This document shows positions 48,167 through 57,769 of a DNA stretch of 64,000 nucleotides, one piece after another. The number at the start of each line of letters is the position of its first letter. Positions within the stretch are counted from its first letter, which is position 1. Origin of the DNA: an uncultured Prevotella sp. (lineage in GTDB: Bacteria > Bacteroidota > Bacteroidia > Bacteroidales > Bacteroidaceae); contig CAMUVE010000005.1 in assembly GCA_947163985.1 (NCBI GenBank), positions 9,760 to 73,759 on the forward strand, written 5' to 3'. The notes beneath the pieces were generated by a model. The model had not been told where the DNA came from and ran no database searches. It was given only the letters and a program-made list of their open reading frames with translations. A program made the translations under genes and the position numbers.

Positions 48167-49156
48167 ATGAAACGACTGATAACTATTCTGGGACCGACGG
48201 CGAGTGGTAAGACGCCACTTGCGGCGCACTTGGCAGCAAGGGTGGGGGGAGAGATAATCTCTGCCGACTCCCGTCAGGTGTATCGTAGGATGGATATCGG
48301 AACGGGAAAGGACTTGGCGGATTACGAGGTGCGTGATGCGGGATGCGAGGTGAGAGTGCCTTACCACTTGATAGACATCTGCGAGCCTGGAACGAAGTAT
48401 AACCTTTTCCAATATCAGCGGGACTTCCACAATGCCTATGACGATATTGTCAGTCGTGACAAACAACCGATACTGTGCGGAGGTACAGGACTGTACATAG
48501 AGGCGGTGCTGAAGGGCTATGAGCTGTCGCCGGTGCCGCAGAATCCGGAGTTGCGTCAGCGTCTGGAGGGTAAGAGTCTTGAGGAGCTGACGGTGATGCT
48601 CAAGGAGCTGAAGGTGAAGAATGGCTCTGTGATGCATAACACTACGGATGTGGATACGGCACAGCGGGCGATAAGGGCTATCGAGATAGAGAGCGCGAGG
48701 TGCGAGATGCGAGATGCGAAGTGCGAGGCGCGAGAGGCTATACCTTATATTATATTTGGAACGAACATAGACCGTGAGTTGCGCAGGGAGAAGATAACAC
48801 GAAGGCTGAAGGCGCGACTGGAGGAGGGTATGGTGGACGAGGTGAAGGCGCTGCTGGATAGCGGAATACCTGCCGAAGACCTTATATACTACGGACTGGA
48901 ATATAAATATGTTACGGAATACGTCATCGGTAAACTCTCTTTTGACGAGATGTTCCGCAGTCTGGAGATAGCCATCCACCAGTTTGCCAAAAGACAGATG
49001 ACCTGGTTCAGGGGTATGGAGCGCCGCGGCTTCAAGATAAACTGGATTGATGCGACGCTGCCAATGGAAGAGAAAGTAGAGACAATATTGGAAATAGTAA
49101 ATAGTCAAATCGTAAATAAATATGATGGAACGTTGGGGAGTGATTTATTGTCCTAA
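48167..49156 (+). CDS. miaA: tRNA dimethylallyltransferase
   Basis: GPTASGKT, ISADSRQVY, GGTGLY, FAKRQMTWF. Confidence 0.96.
   Translation: MKRLITILGPTASGKTPLAAHLAARVGGEIISADSRQVYRRMDIGTGKDLADYEVRDAGCEVRVPYHLIDICEPGTKYNLFQYQRDFHNAYDDIVSRDKQPILCGGTGLYIEAVLKGYELSPVPQNPELRQRLEGKSLEELTVMLKELKVKNGSVMHNTTDVDTAQRAIRAIEIESARCEMRDAKCEAREAIPYIIFGTNIDRELRREKITRRLKARLEEGMVDEVKALLDSGIPAEDLIYYGLEYKYVTEYVIGKLSFDEMFRSLEIAIHQFAKRQMTWFRGMERRGFKINWIDATLPMEEKVETILEIVNSQIVNKYDGTLGSDLLS
48695..48736 (+). repeat. In-frame heptamer array (GCGAGAT-type)x6 inside miaA
   Basis: GCGAGGT GCGAGAT GCGAGAT GCGAAGT GCGAGGC GCGAGAG (42 bp); a related array lies at 48325-48352. Confidence 0.85.
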
Positions 49157-50048
49157 GGGAAGCGTGCTGCGACCGCAGAAACGCAGGGAACAGTTGGAGC
49201 GCATACTGCACGAAAGAGCTGTGGACTACGACATTGTGCAGAGTGAGAACACTAAGAGTGTGGAGCGTCTGATGAAGATGATGGTGAACAACGGATATAA
49301 GACTATCATCATAGTGGGTGGCGACTCGGCACTCAACGACGCAGTAAACAGTCTTATGCACGAGCCGAAGGAGGTGCGTGAGAGTGTGGCTCTTGGTGTG
49401 GTGCCCAATGGAGTGATGAATGACTTCGCCTCGTTCTGGGGTTTCGATGAAGGCGAGTTGGAAGAGACCGTTGACACACTGATGAAGCACCGCGTGAGAA
49501 AGGTTGACCTGGGGTGCATGAGGTATGTTAACAGGGACGGAGAACGTTGTCACAGGTATTTCCTTAACTGTGTGAACATAGGACTCATAGCGTCGATAAT
49601 GAATCTGCGTCGCCAGACACGACGCCTCTTCGGTTCGCGTACGCTGTCGTTCTTCACGTCGTTTGCCCTGATGATATTCCAGCGTATGGAGTACAAGATG
49701 GAGCTGAAGATAAACTCCGACACCATAAAGCGTAAGGTGATGACGGTGTGTGTGGGCAGTGCCCGCGGATATGGTCAGACGCCAAACGCTGTGCCTTACA
49801 ACGGAATGTTGGACGTGTCGGTAGTGTATCACCCTGAGGTGACGCAGCTGCTGGAAGGACTGTACCTCTTCGTGCGTGGAAAATTCCTTAACCACCGCAG
49901 CGTGCATCCTTATCGCACCACCGAGGTGACTGTGGTGGAAGCTAAGCGTGCGATGGTGGGTGTTGACGGCAGACTGATGCACACTCCGGAGGGACCATTC
50001 AAGATTACAATAGAGCAGGAAGTCATTAACTTCCTTATCCCTGAGTAG
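49122..50048 (+). CDS. Diacylglycerol/lipid kinase family protein
   Basis: IVGGDSALNDAVN, GVVPNGVMNDFA, YFLNCVNIG, VDG. Confidence 0.8.
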   Translation: MMERWGVIYCPKGSVLRPQKRREQLERILHERAVDYDIVQSENTKSVERLMKMMVNNGYKTIIIVGGDSALNDAVNSLMHEPKEVRESVALGVVPNGVMNDFASFWGFDEGELEETVDTLMKHRVRKVDLGCMRYVNRDGERCHRYFLNCVNIGLIASIMNLRRQTRRLFGSRTLSFFTSFALMIFQRMEYKMELKINSDTIKRKVMTVCVGSARGYGQTPNAVPYNGMLDVSVVYHPEVTQLLEGLYLFVRGKFLNHRSVHPYRTTEVTVVEAKRAMVGVDGRLMHTPEGPFKITIEQEVINFLIPE

Positions 50049-50174
50049 CAAAAAACACTTAAAAATGAGTTTTTTTTGAAAAAAGGCGGGCAATAATTTT
50101 GTCCGCCATAAAATTATTTGTACTTTTGAAGCGAAATCTACAAACATATATAACCTTAAAAATATAATCACACT

Positions 50175-52118
50175 ATGAGTTACCTCAAATTTGAGAAAGC
50201 TCTGATGACGAACTTAGAGGAAGCGCTGCCGCGCGAGTTGATTCGTACGAACCGCTCGGGAGCATATTCCAGTTCCACGATTGTTGATTGTAACACACGT
50301 AAGTATCACGGACTGTTAGTCGTTCCTGTTCCTGAACTGGACGACGAAAATCACGTGCTGCTATCTTCGCTCGATGTTACCGTCATACAACATGGTGCAG
50401 AGTTCAATCTTGGTATTCACAAGTATCAGGGCAACCATTTCAGCCCGAATGGACACAAATACATTCGGGAGTTTGACTGTGGAAAAGTGCCTACAACGAT
50501 TTACCGCGTTGGAGGTGTAGTATTAAAGAAAGAAACAATCTTCCAGAACTACGAAGACCGTATCCTCATTCGTTACACGATGGAGGAGGGACAGACAGCG
50601 ACGATGCGTTTCCGTCCGTTCCTGGCATTCCGCAGTGTACGTCAGTTTACCCACGAGAACTCTGTGGCAAGCAGAGAGTATCAGGAGGTAGATAACGGTA
50701 TCAAGACATGTATGTACGCCGGATACCCCGACCTCTACATGCAGTTCAACAAGAAGAACGAGTTCCACTATCAGCCCGACTGGTATCGTGGTGTGGAGTA
50801 TCCGAAAGAGCAGGAGCGCGGATATGCTTCCAATGAGGACCTCTACGTTCCAGGTTACTTCGAGATGACAATGAAGAAGGGTGAGAGCATAGTCTTCTCA
50901 GGTTCTACAAGCGAGATAGCAAGCAGAACGCTGAAGGCACTGTTTGACGAGGAGGTGAGCTATCGTCCTCCACGCGACAACTTCTTCCACTGTCTGTCAA
51001 ACTCTGCCCACCAGTTCCATAACCGTACAAAGAACGACGACCGATATATACTCGCAGGATATCCTTGGTTCAAGTGTCGTGCTCGCGATACGTTCATTGC
51101 ACTTCCAGGACTGACACTCGCCATAGAGGAACAGGACTACTTCGAGCTGGTTATGCAGACCGCAGAGAAGGAGTTGCGTAACTTTATGAAGGGCGAGCCA
51201 GAAGGAAAGATTAAGGAGATAGATATGCCAGACGTTCCTCTGTGGGCAATATGGTCAATACAACAGTATGCCAAGGAGGCAGGCGACGAGAAGTGTCTGA
51301 AGATGTACGGCAAGTTTGTTGAGGACATCGTGGACTTTATTCTCAAGGGCAAGCATCCGAATATCTCTCTTGAGGAGAACGGTCTGCTTCGCATAGAAGG
51401 TCGTGACCGAGCTATGACGTGGATGAACTCAACGGCTAACGGTCGTCCTGTTGTTCCCCGTACAGGTTTCGTAGTAGAGATAAACGCTCTGTGGTACAAC
51501 GCTCTTAAGTTTGCCGCAAAGATTGCTGCCGCAAAGAAGAACGCGAAACGTGCAGAGAGTCTTGAGAAGCGTGCCGAGCTGGCAAAAACATCGTTCGTTG
51601 ACACCTTCGTCAACGACTACGGATACCTCTTCGACTATGTTGACGGAAACATGATGGACTGGAGTGTCCGTCCAAACATGATATTTGCTGTGGCCCTTGA
51701 CTACTCACCGCTGTCACAGGACCAGAAGAAGTCGGTACTCGACATCTGTACTCGTGAGTTGCTTACTCCTAAGGGCTTGCGTTCACTGTCTCCGAAGAGC
51801 GGTGGCTACAATCCGATGTACGTCGGTCCGCAGTCACAGCGCGACTACGCTTACCATCAGGGAACAGCATGGCCTTGGCTGGGCGGTTTCTACATGGAGG
51901 CGTGTCTGAAACTCTACAAGCGTACCCGCATAAGTTTCGTCGAGAGACAGATGGTGGGCTATGAGGATGAGATGATGCTCAACTGCATCGGTACCATACC
52001 CGAGATGTCTGACGGTAACCCGCCGTTCCGCGCTCGTGGTGCTATGTCGTTCGCAATGAACGTTGCCGAGATTTTGCGCACTCTCAATATGTTGGAGAAA
52101 TACACATATAATAAATAA
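50175..52118 (+). CDS. Glycogen debranching enzyme (amylo-alpha-1,6-glucosidase)
   Basis: TRKYHGLL, AGYPWF..RD, TWM, VEINALWYN, YHQGTAWPW. Confidence 0.92.
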   Translation: MSYLKFEKALMTNLEEALPRELIRTNRSGAYSSSTIVDCNTRKYHGLLVVPVPELDDENHVLLSSLDVTVIQHGAEFNLGIHKYQGNHFSPNGHKYIREFDCGKVPTTIYRVGGVVLKKETIFQNYEDRILIRYTMEEGQTATMRFRPFLAFRSVRQFTHENSVASREYQEVDNGIKTCMYAGYPDLYMQFNKKNEFHYQPDWYRGVEYPKEQERGYASNEDLYVPGYFEMTMKKGESIVFSGSTSEIASRTLKALFDEEVSYRPPRDNFFHCLSNSAHQFHNRTKNDDRYILAGYPWFKCRARDTFIALPGLTLAIEEQDYFELVMQTAEKELRNFMKGEPEGKIKEIDMPDVPLWAIWSIQQYAKEAGDEKCLKMYGKFVEDIVDFILKGKHPNISLEENGLLRIEGRDRAMTWMNSTANGRPVVPRTGFVVEINALWYNALKFAAKIAAAKKNAKRAESLEKRAELAKTSFVDTFVNDYGYLFDYVDGNMMDWSVRPNMIFAVALDYSPLSQDQKKSVLDICTRELLTPKGLRSLSPKSGGYNPMYVGPQSQRDYAYHQGTAWPWLGGFYMEACLKLYKRTRISFVERQMVGYEDEMMLNCIGTIPEMSDGNPPFRARGAMSFAMNVAEILRTLNMLEKYTYNK

Positions 52119-52132
52119 GGAGGAGACGCACT

Positions 52133-53401
52133 ATGAAAGTATTAATGTTCGGATGGGAGTATCCTCCTCACGTATTCGGCGGATTGGCAACAGCTAACTA
52201 CGGTATCTCTGAGGGCTTGAAGGCTCAGGGCGATATCGACATAGCACTCTGTCTGCCACATCCTTTTGGCGACGAAGAGCAGCATGCGGCACGTATCATA
52301 GCAATGAACGCCGTGCCTATAGCTTGGCGCGACGTTAATCGTGACTACGTGCAGAGCAGAGTGGGAAACATTATGGATCCCGACTACTACTACAGACTGC
52401 GCGACCATATCTATGCTGACTTCAACTATATGCACGTTAACGACCTCGGATGTATGGAGTTTGCCGGCGGTTACCCGGGAAACCTTCACGAGGAGATTAA
52501 TAACTACTCAATCATTGCTGGAGTGGTGGCACGAACAGAAGAGTTCGACATCATTCACGCTCACGACTGGCTGACATATCCTGCAGGTATTCATGCTAAG
52601 CAGGTGTCAGGAAAACCACTGTGTATCCACGTTCATGCCACCGACTTCGACCGCTCGCGCGGTAACGTGAACCCAACGGTTTACGGCATCGAGAAGAACG
52701 GTATGGACAATGCTGACTGCATCATGTGTGTATCAGAACTTACCCGTCAGACCGTCATCAATCACTACCATCAGGATCCGCGCAAGTGCTTCACCGTTCA
52801 CAACGCGGTATATCCGCTGCGTCAGGAGCTGCAGGACATACCTCGTCCGGACCACACCGGAAAGGAGAAGGTAGTAACATTCCTCGGACGTATCACAATG
52901 CAGAAGGGTCCGGAGTACTTCGTTGAGGCTGCCAATATGGTGCTTCACCGTACCCGTAACGTTCGTTTCTGTTTTGCAGGTAGCGGTGATATGATGGAGG
53001 CGATGATTTATCTTGCTGCCGAGCGAGGTATTGCCGACCGTTTCCACTTCCCGGGATTCATGCGTGGCAAACAGGTTTACGAATGTCTGAAAGCTTCGGA
53101 CGTTTACGTCATGCCGTCGGTATCAGAGCCGTTCGGTATCTCTCCGCTCGAGGCTATGCAGTGCGGCACTCCAACGATTATCTCTAAGCAGTCCGGATGT
53201 GCCGAGATTCTGAACAACTGTATCAAGGTTGACTATTGGGATATCCACGCTCTGGCAGATGCTATGTATAGCATTTGTACTAACGAGAGCCTCTTCAGGT
53301 ATCTGCAGGAAGAGGGTAAGCGCGAAGTTGACCAGATAACATGGGTCAAAGTAGGTACGTGGATAAGAGAACTGTACCGCCGCACACTCGGATGGGTGTG
53401 A
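52133..53401 (+). CDS. Glycosyltransferase family 4 (glycogen-synthase-like)
   Basis: MFGWEYPP, IHAHDW, SEPFGISPLEAM; lies between the debranching enzyme and GH57. Confidence 0.88.
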   Translation: MKVLMFGWEYPPHVFGGLATANYGISEGLKAQGDIDIALCLPHPFGDEEQHAARIIAMNAVPIAWRDVNRDYVQSRVGNIMDPDYYYRLRDHIYADFNYMHVNDLGCMEFAGGYPGNLHEEINNYSIIAGVVARTEEFDIIHAHDWLTYPAGIHAKQVSGKPLCIHVHATDFDRSRGNVNPTVYGIEKNGMDNADCIMCVSELTRQTVINHYHQDPRKCFTVHNAVYPLRQELQDIPRPDHTGKEKVVTFLGRITMQKGPEYFVEAANMVLHRTRNVRFCFAGSGDMMEAMIYLAAERGIADRFHFPGFMRGKQVYECLKASDVYVMPSVSEPFGISPLEAMQCGTPTIISKQSGCAEILNNCIKVDYWDIHALADAMYSICTNESLFRYLQEEGKREVDQITWVKVGTWIRELYRRTLGWV

Positions 53402-53404
53402 GAT

Positions 53405-53446
53405 AGTTTAGAGTTTAGAGTTTATAGTTAAGAGTTAAGAATTAAG
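53405..53446. repeat. Heptamer tandem array (AGTTWAG)x6
   Basis: AGTTTAG AGTTTAG AGTTTAT AGTTAAG AGTTAAG AATTAAG filling most of the GT4-GH57 gap. Confidence 0.9.
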
Positions 53447-53456
53447 TATTACGATT

Positions 53457-54884
53457 ATGAAAACAATATGTTTATATTTTGAGATACACCAGATAATACA
53501 TCTCAAGCGCTACCGCTTCTTCGACATCGGTACCGACCACTACTATTATGATGACTACGAGAACGAGCGTAGCATCACAGACATTGCCGAGCGTTCGTAC
53601 ATGCCGGCACTGACAGCTATTCAGGAAATGATACGTGAGCACGGCGACTACTTCAAGGTTGCTTTCTCGCTCTCGGGAACAGGCATCGAACAGCTCGAAA
53701 TGCACGCTCCGCAGGTGCTGGAGAAACTGCAGCAACTCAACGAGACAGGATGCGTGGAGTTCCTCGCCGAACCTTACAGTCACGGACTGTCGTCACTGGC
53801 TAACGAGGAGTGCTTCGCTGCCGACGTTAAGAAACAGGCAAAGAAGATAGAAGAGTATTTCGGCAAGAAGCCTACGGTGCTGCGCAACTCGTCACTCATC
53901 TATAGCGACGACATCGGTGCTCAGGCGGCAGCCCTCGGTTTCAAGGGTATGCTGACAGAAGGTGCTAAGCACGTGCTGGGATGGAAGTCTCCACACTATG
54001 TATATAACTGCGCCATGAACCCTAACCTCAAGCTGTTGCTCCGCGACGTAGAGCTTTCTGACGATATCTCTCTGCGCTTCAACAACTCTGAGTGGGACGG
54101 CTATCCACTGTTTGCCGACGCTTACATCAACCGCATAGCAGCACTTCCACAGGAAGAGCAGGTCATAAATATCTTCATGGAGCTACTCGCACTGGGTATA
54201 GCACAGCCGCTGAGCAGCAACATCCTGGAGTTCCTCAAGGCTCTGCCGGCATGCGCTAAGGAAAAGGGCATAACGTTCTCTACGCCTTCAGAGATTTTCG
54301 CTAAGATGAAGTCTGTTGATACGCTGAACGTTCCTGATACCCTCTCTTGGGTTGACGAGGAGCGCGACGTAAGCTGCTGGCTGGGTAACCCCATGCAGCG
54401 TGAGGCTTTCAACAAGCTTTACAGCGTAGCCGACCGTGTTCGTATTGCTAACGACCCACGCATCAATCAGGACTGGGACTACCTGCAGGCATCAAACAAC
54501 TTCCGTTTCATGACCACAAAGCCATCTAACGTAGGTCTTGACCGCGGTATCTACAGTTCTCCCTTCGATGCTTTCACAAACTATATGAACATCCTGGGCG
54601 ACTTCATCAATCGCGTTAACGCACTCTATCCTGTTGACATCGACAACGATGAGTTGGAGAGCTTGCTCACAACAATCAAGAATCAGGGTGACGAGATTGA
54701 GATGAAGGACAAGGAGATTGTTCGTCTGCAGGCAAAGGTCGAGAAGATGCAGGATACAGAGAATGCATTGAAGGAAAAACTCGAAAAGCCAAAGGAAGAG
54801 AAGAAGGCTCCTGCAAAGAAAGCCGCACCAAAGAAGGCTGCTGCTAAGAAAGAAGCTCCAAAGGCTGAAGAGCCCAAGAAGTAA
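53457..54884 (+). CDS. GH57 family alpha-amylase/glycoside hydrolase with Lys/Ala-rich tail
   Basis: LYFEIHQ, SYMPA, EPYSH; KKAAPKKAAAKK tail. Confidence 0.88.
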   Translation: MKTICLYFEIHQIIHLKRYRFFDIGTDHYYYDDYENERSITDIAERSYMPALTAIQEMIREHGDYFKVAFSLSGTGIEQLEMHAPQVLEKLQQLNETGCVEFLAEPYSHGLSSLANEECFAADVKKQAKKIEEYFGKKPTVLRNSSLIYSDDIGAQAAALGFKGMLTEGAKHVLGWKSPHYVYNCAMNPNLKLLLRDVELSDDISLRFNNSEWDGYPLFADAYINRIAALPQEEQVINIFMELLALGIAQPLSSNILEFLKALPACAKEKGITFSTPSEIFAKMKSVDTLNVPDTLSWVDEERDVSCWLGNPMQREAFNKLYSVADRVRIANDPRINQDWDYLQASNNFRFMTTKPSNVGLDRGIYSSPFDAFTNYMNILGDFINRVNALYPVDIDNDELESLLTTIKNQGDEIEMKDKEIVRLQAKVEKMQDTENALKEKLEKPKEEKKAPAKKAAPKKAAAKKEAPKAEEPKK

Positions 54885-54902
54885 ATAAATTAAGGTTACG
54901 TG

Positions 54903-54940
54903 AAAAAGAAATTGCCGCTCCTTTCGGGGCGGCAATTCTT
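54903..54940. terminator. Bidirectional terminator between convergent genes
   Basis: AATTGCCGCTCC/GGGGCGGCAATT stem with flanking A/T runs. Confidence 0.8.
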
Positions 54941-54973
54941 ATTGTCTTTATCAGAAGACTGTTGTCTTCCTGA

Positions 54974-56035
54974 TTACTTGTTCATATACTTCTTACCGTT
55001 CTTAATAACGATGCCCTTGAAGTTCTTAGAAACTTCCTGACCTGCGAGGTTGTAGATGCGACCGTTCTGAGCAGCCTTAACAGCAACGTTCTCAATGCCG
55101 GCAGTGCTTGTTGTCAAGTAACCGCTTACGAGTTCAGGAGTAACAACGTCATTCTTAACATACTTCTGGAGCAGACCCTGGAATACAACTTCGTCGTCAG
55201 CCTTGAGAGTAATAGTCTCTTCTGTGAAGTTCTTGTTGCCGAAATCCTTTGCACGATAAACGTACAGAGTGTTGGTGCCACCCTTTGTGTCTGCAAGGTA
55301 GAGGTTTACGTTTCCAAAGAGTTCACCAACTTCCTGACCTTCTGCCGGAGTCTTGCGCTGGAAGTCTGGGTCGCCAACGATGAAGCCCTTAACCTTGTAC
55401 TCTTTGTCTGTCTTAGCACCATCAGCGAGACCACCGATGATTTCAAGAGCCTTAGCTACATTGATTTCCTCGATTACTACAGGCTGTGGAGTAGGAGTTG
55501 AGCCATCGAAGCTAACAACAATGCTGTGGAACTGAGTGTTACCCCATTTGCCTTCCTCAGCACCCTTGATAGACATTACAACTTCGTTAGCATCGCCTTC
55601 CCAAACGATAGTACCGTTCTGCTTAGCGAGAGCATCAAAGTTCAGTGTACCTGTGTTTACGGTGTTGTTAGAAGCAACAAGAGCGTCGTTAGTGTTTACT
55701 GTCATCACCAACTTCTTGAAGTTAGTTGCTGCCTTGATAGTGATTGTACCAGAGTACATACGAAGACGTGGGTTAGAAGACCAAATACGGTTGTCGTTGG
55801 TAGCACCTTCTTCTTTAGCAGAAACGGTAACTGTTACACCCTCAACAGGTGTAGATGTTGTGGTTGTTGTGAAGTCACCATCGTGGACAGCGCTTGCACC
55901 AGTACCAGAAGACTCACCGGTAATTGTTGGGAACAAAGTCTTGTAATCGTTGTCGAAGTCAATAGTAACTTCGGTCTGCGCATTAACTGCTGCAACAGCG
56001 AAAAGCGCTGCGATAAGTGTAAAGATTTTCTTCAT
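54974..56035 (-). CDS. Secreted hypothetical protein with short C-terminal sorting tail
   Basis: Signal peptide (NA|Q), PTPQP linker, tail YNLAGQEVSKNFKGIVIKNGKKYMNK. Confidence 0.75.
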   Translation of the reverse strand: MKKIFTLIAALFAVAAVNAQTEVTIDFDNDYKTLFPTITGESSGTGASAVHDGDFTTTTTSTPVEGVTVTVSAKEEGATNDNRIWSSNPRLRMYSGTITIKAATNFKKLVMTVNTNDALVASNNTVNTGTLNFDALAKQNGTIVWEGDANEVVMSIKGAEEGKWGNTQFHSIVVSFDGSTPTPQPVVIEEINVAKALEIIGGLADGAKTDKEYKVKGFIVGDPDFQRKTPAEGQEVGELFGNVNLYLADTKGGTNTLYVYRAKDFGNKNFTEETITLKADDEVVFQGLLQKYVKNDVVTPELVSGYLTTSTAGIENVAVKAAQNGRIYNLAGQEVSKNFKGIVIKNGKKYMNK

Positions 56036-56162
56036 ACTAATTGTGTTTTAAAGTTAATAAATGATTAATGCGACAAAGGTACAAATACTTTTTAAAGATA
56101 CAAAAAAATAAGGTATAAAAATGATAAAAAAAGAGAAGGACACCTTTTGGGCGTCCCTCTCC

Positions 56163-57734
56163 TTATTGGTCGTTTACTTCCTTCATGTCGATGAACTGCT
56201 TCTCGTTGTCGTAGAACTCGTACTGCAAGAAGCCCAATTTTTGTGAAGGAATGATTCGCACTCCCAGTCCGTACTTCATCTGCCAACGGCGCTTCAGACT
56301 GATGAAGCCCTGATTAATAAAGGCAGCAACATACGGGTGGACATGCAGGTAGAAACTTTTAACACCGATCTTGTTGACCAGGTTGTCAATTTTTCTCTCC
56401 AAAGTGTCGGTAAAGAGTATGCTCGACTTAATTTTTCCGCTTCCGAAACATGTCGGGCACTCTTCCTCCACATTCACATCCATAGCAGGTCTTACACGCT
56501 GTCGGGTGATTTGCATCAGTCCGAACTTGCTCAGCGGTAGGATGTTGTGGCGTGCACGGTCTTTCTGCATGTTCTTGCACATGCGTTCGTAGAGTAGCTG
56601 GCGGTCTTCGGCAAGGTTCATATCGATGAAGTCAACGATGATGATACCTCCCATATCGCGCAGTCTCAGTTGTCGTGCCAGTTCGTCGGCGGCTCCGAGG
56701 TTCACCTCCAAGGCATTTCCCTCCTGTCCTTTTTCTGCCTTTGTGCGGTTGCCGCTGTTCACATCCACAACGTGCATTGCTTCGGTATGTTCTATTATAA
56801 GGTAAGCACCGTGTTTGTAGTTTACCGTTTTTCCGAAGCTCGATTTGATCTGCTTTGTGATGCTAAAGTTGTCAAAGATTGGCACATTGCCTGTGTATAG
56901 TTTCACGATGCCTGCGCACTCTGGTGCTATCATCGTGATGTAGTCCTTTACTTCGTGGAACACCTGTTCGTCGTTGACGTAGATGTTCTCGTACGAAGGA
57001 TTGAACAAGTCTCTCAGCATTGCCACCACTCGGCTGGTTTCTTCGTACACCAGTTGTGGTCGTTGCTGTGTTTTCTGTACTTTGGCAATGGCATCCTCCC
57101 AACGCTTAAGGAGGATTTTCATTTCGTTGTCGAGCTCAGCAACTCTTTTTCCCTCAGCAACCGTTCTTATTATTATGCCGACGTTTTTCGGCTTTATGCT
57201 TTGTATTAGTTGCTTGAGTCGTGCTCGCTCTTCACTGCTTTTAATTTTCGACGAGACGGAAACTTTGTCGTGGAATGGTACCAATACCATGTATCTTCCG
57301 GCGAAGCTAAGGTCGCAAGTGAGTCGCGGACCTTTTGTTGATATTGGCTCTTTTACCACCTGTACCAACACCTCCTGACCTTTCTGCAGCAGGTTTGCTA
57401 CGCTGCCTTCCTTGGGTAGGTCTTGCTGACGTGTTGCTTTAGTGAATGGGTAGAGTTTCTTTCTGTCGCTTTGTACCTGTTTCAGGTACTTTTGGTAAGA
57501 GTTAAATTGAGTTCCAAGGTCAAGATAATGTAGAAAGGCGTCGCGTTCATAACCTACGTCCACGAAACTGGCATTCAGTCCTGCCATAAGTTTCTTTACT
57601 TTGGCAACGTAGATGTTCCCTACGGAGAAGTTCGCCTGCCGAGGCTCTGTCTGGTATTCTACCAGGTTCTTGTCTTCCAGCAGTGCAATCGAAATCTCCT
57701 TCTGTTGAACATCAATTACTAATTCGCTGGTCAT
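56163..57734 (-). CDS. rng: Rne/Rng family ribonuclease
   Basis: S1 domain, KEPISTKGPRL, DVNSG, LRDMGGIIIVDFIDM, CPTCFG. Confidence 0.93.
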   Translation of the reverse strand: MTSELVIDVQQKEISIALLEDKNLVEYQTEPRQANFSVGNIYVAKVKKLMAGLNASFVDVGYERDAFLHYLDLGTQFNSYQKYLKQVQSDRKKLYPFTKATRQQDLPKEGSVANLLQKGQEVLVQVVKEPISTKGPRLTCDLSFAGRYMVLVPFHDKVSVSSKIKSSEERARLKQLIQSIKPKNVGIIIRTVAEGKRVAELDNEMKILLKRWEDAIAKVQKTQQRPQLVYEETSRVVAMLRDLFNPSYENIYVNDEQVFHEVKDYITMIAPECAGIVKLYTGNVPIFDNFSITKQIKSSFGKTVNYKHGAYLIIEHTEAMHVVDVNSGNRTKAEKGQEGNALEVNLGAADELARQLRLRDMGGIIIVDFIDMNLAEDRQLLYERMCKNMQKDRARHNILPLSKFGLMQITRQRVRPAMDVNVEEECPTCFGSGKIKSSILFTDTLERKIDNLVNKIGVKSFYLHVHPYVAAFINQGFISLKRRWQMKYGLGVRIIPSQKLGFLQYEFYDNEKQFIDMKEVNDQ

Positions 57735-57769
57735 TTCTAATTACTCTTAACCATAAGAGCAAGTCTTGA

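Noticed and set aside
48032-50171. Long minus-strand ORFs of 358 aa and 379 aa
   Set aside because: Antisense shadows of miaA and the lipid kinase; no recognisable motifs
50175-54884. Debranching enzyme-GT4-GH57 cluster as novel
   Set aside because: Widely conserved Bacteroidota glycogen-related cluster
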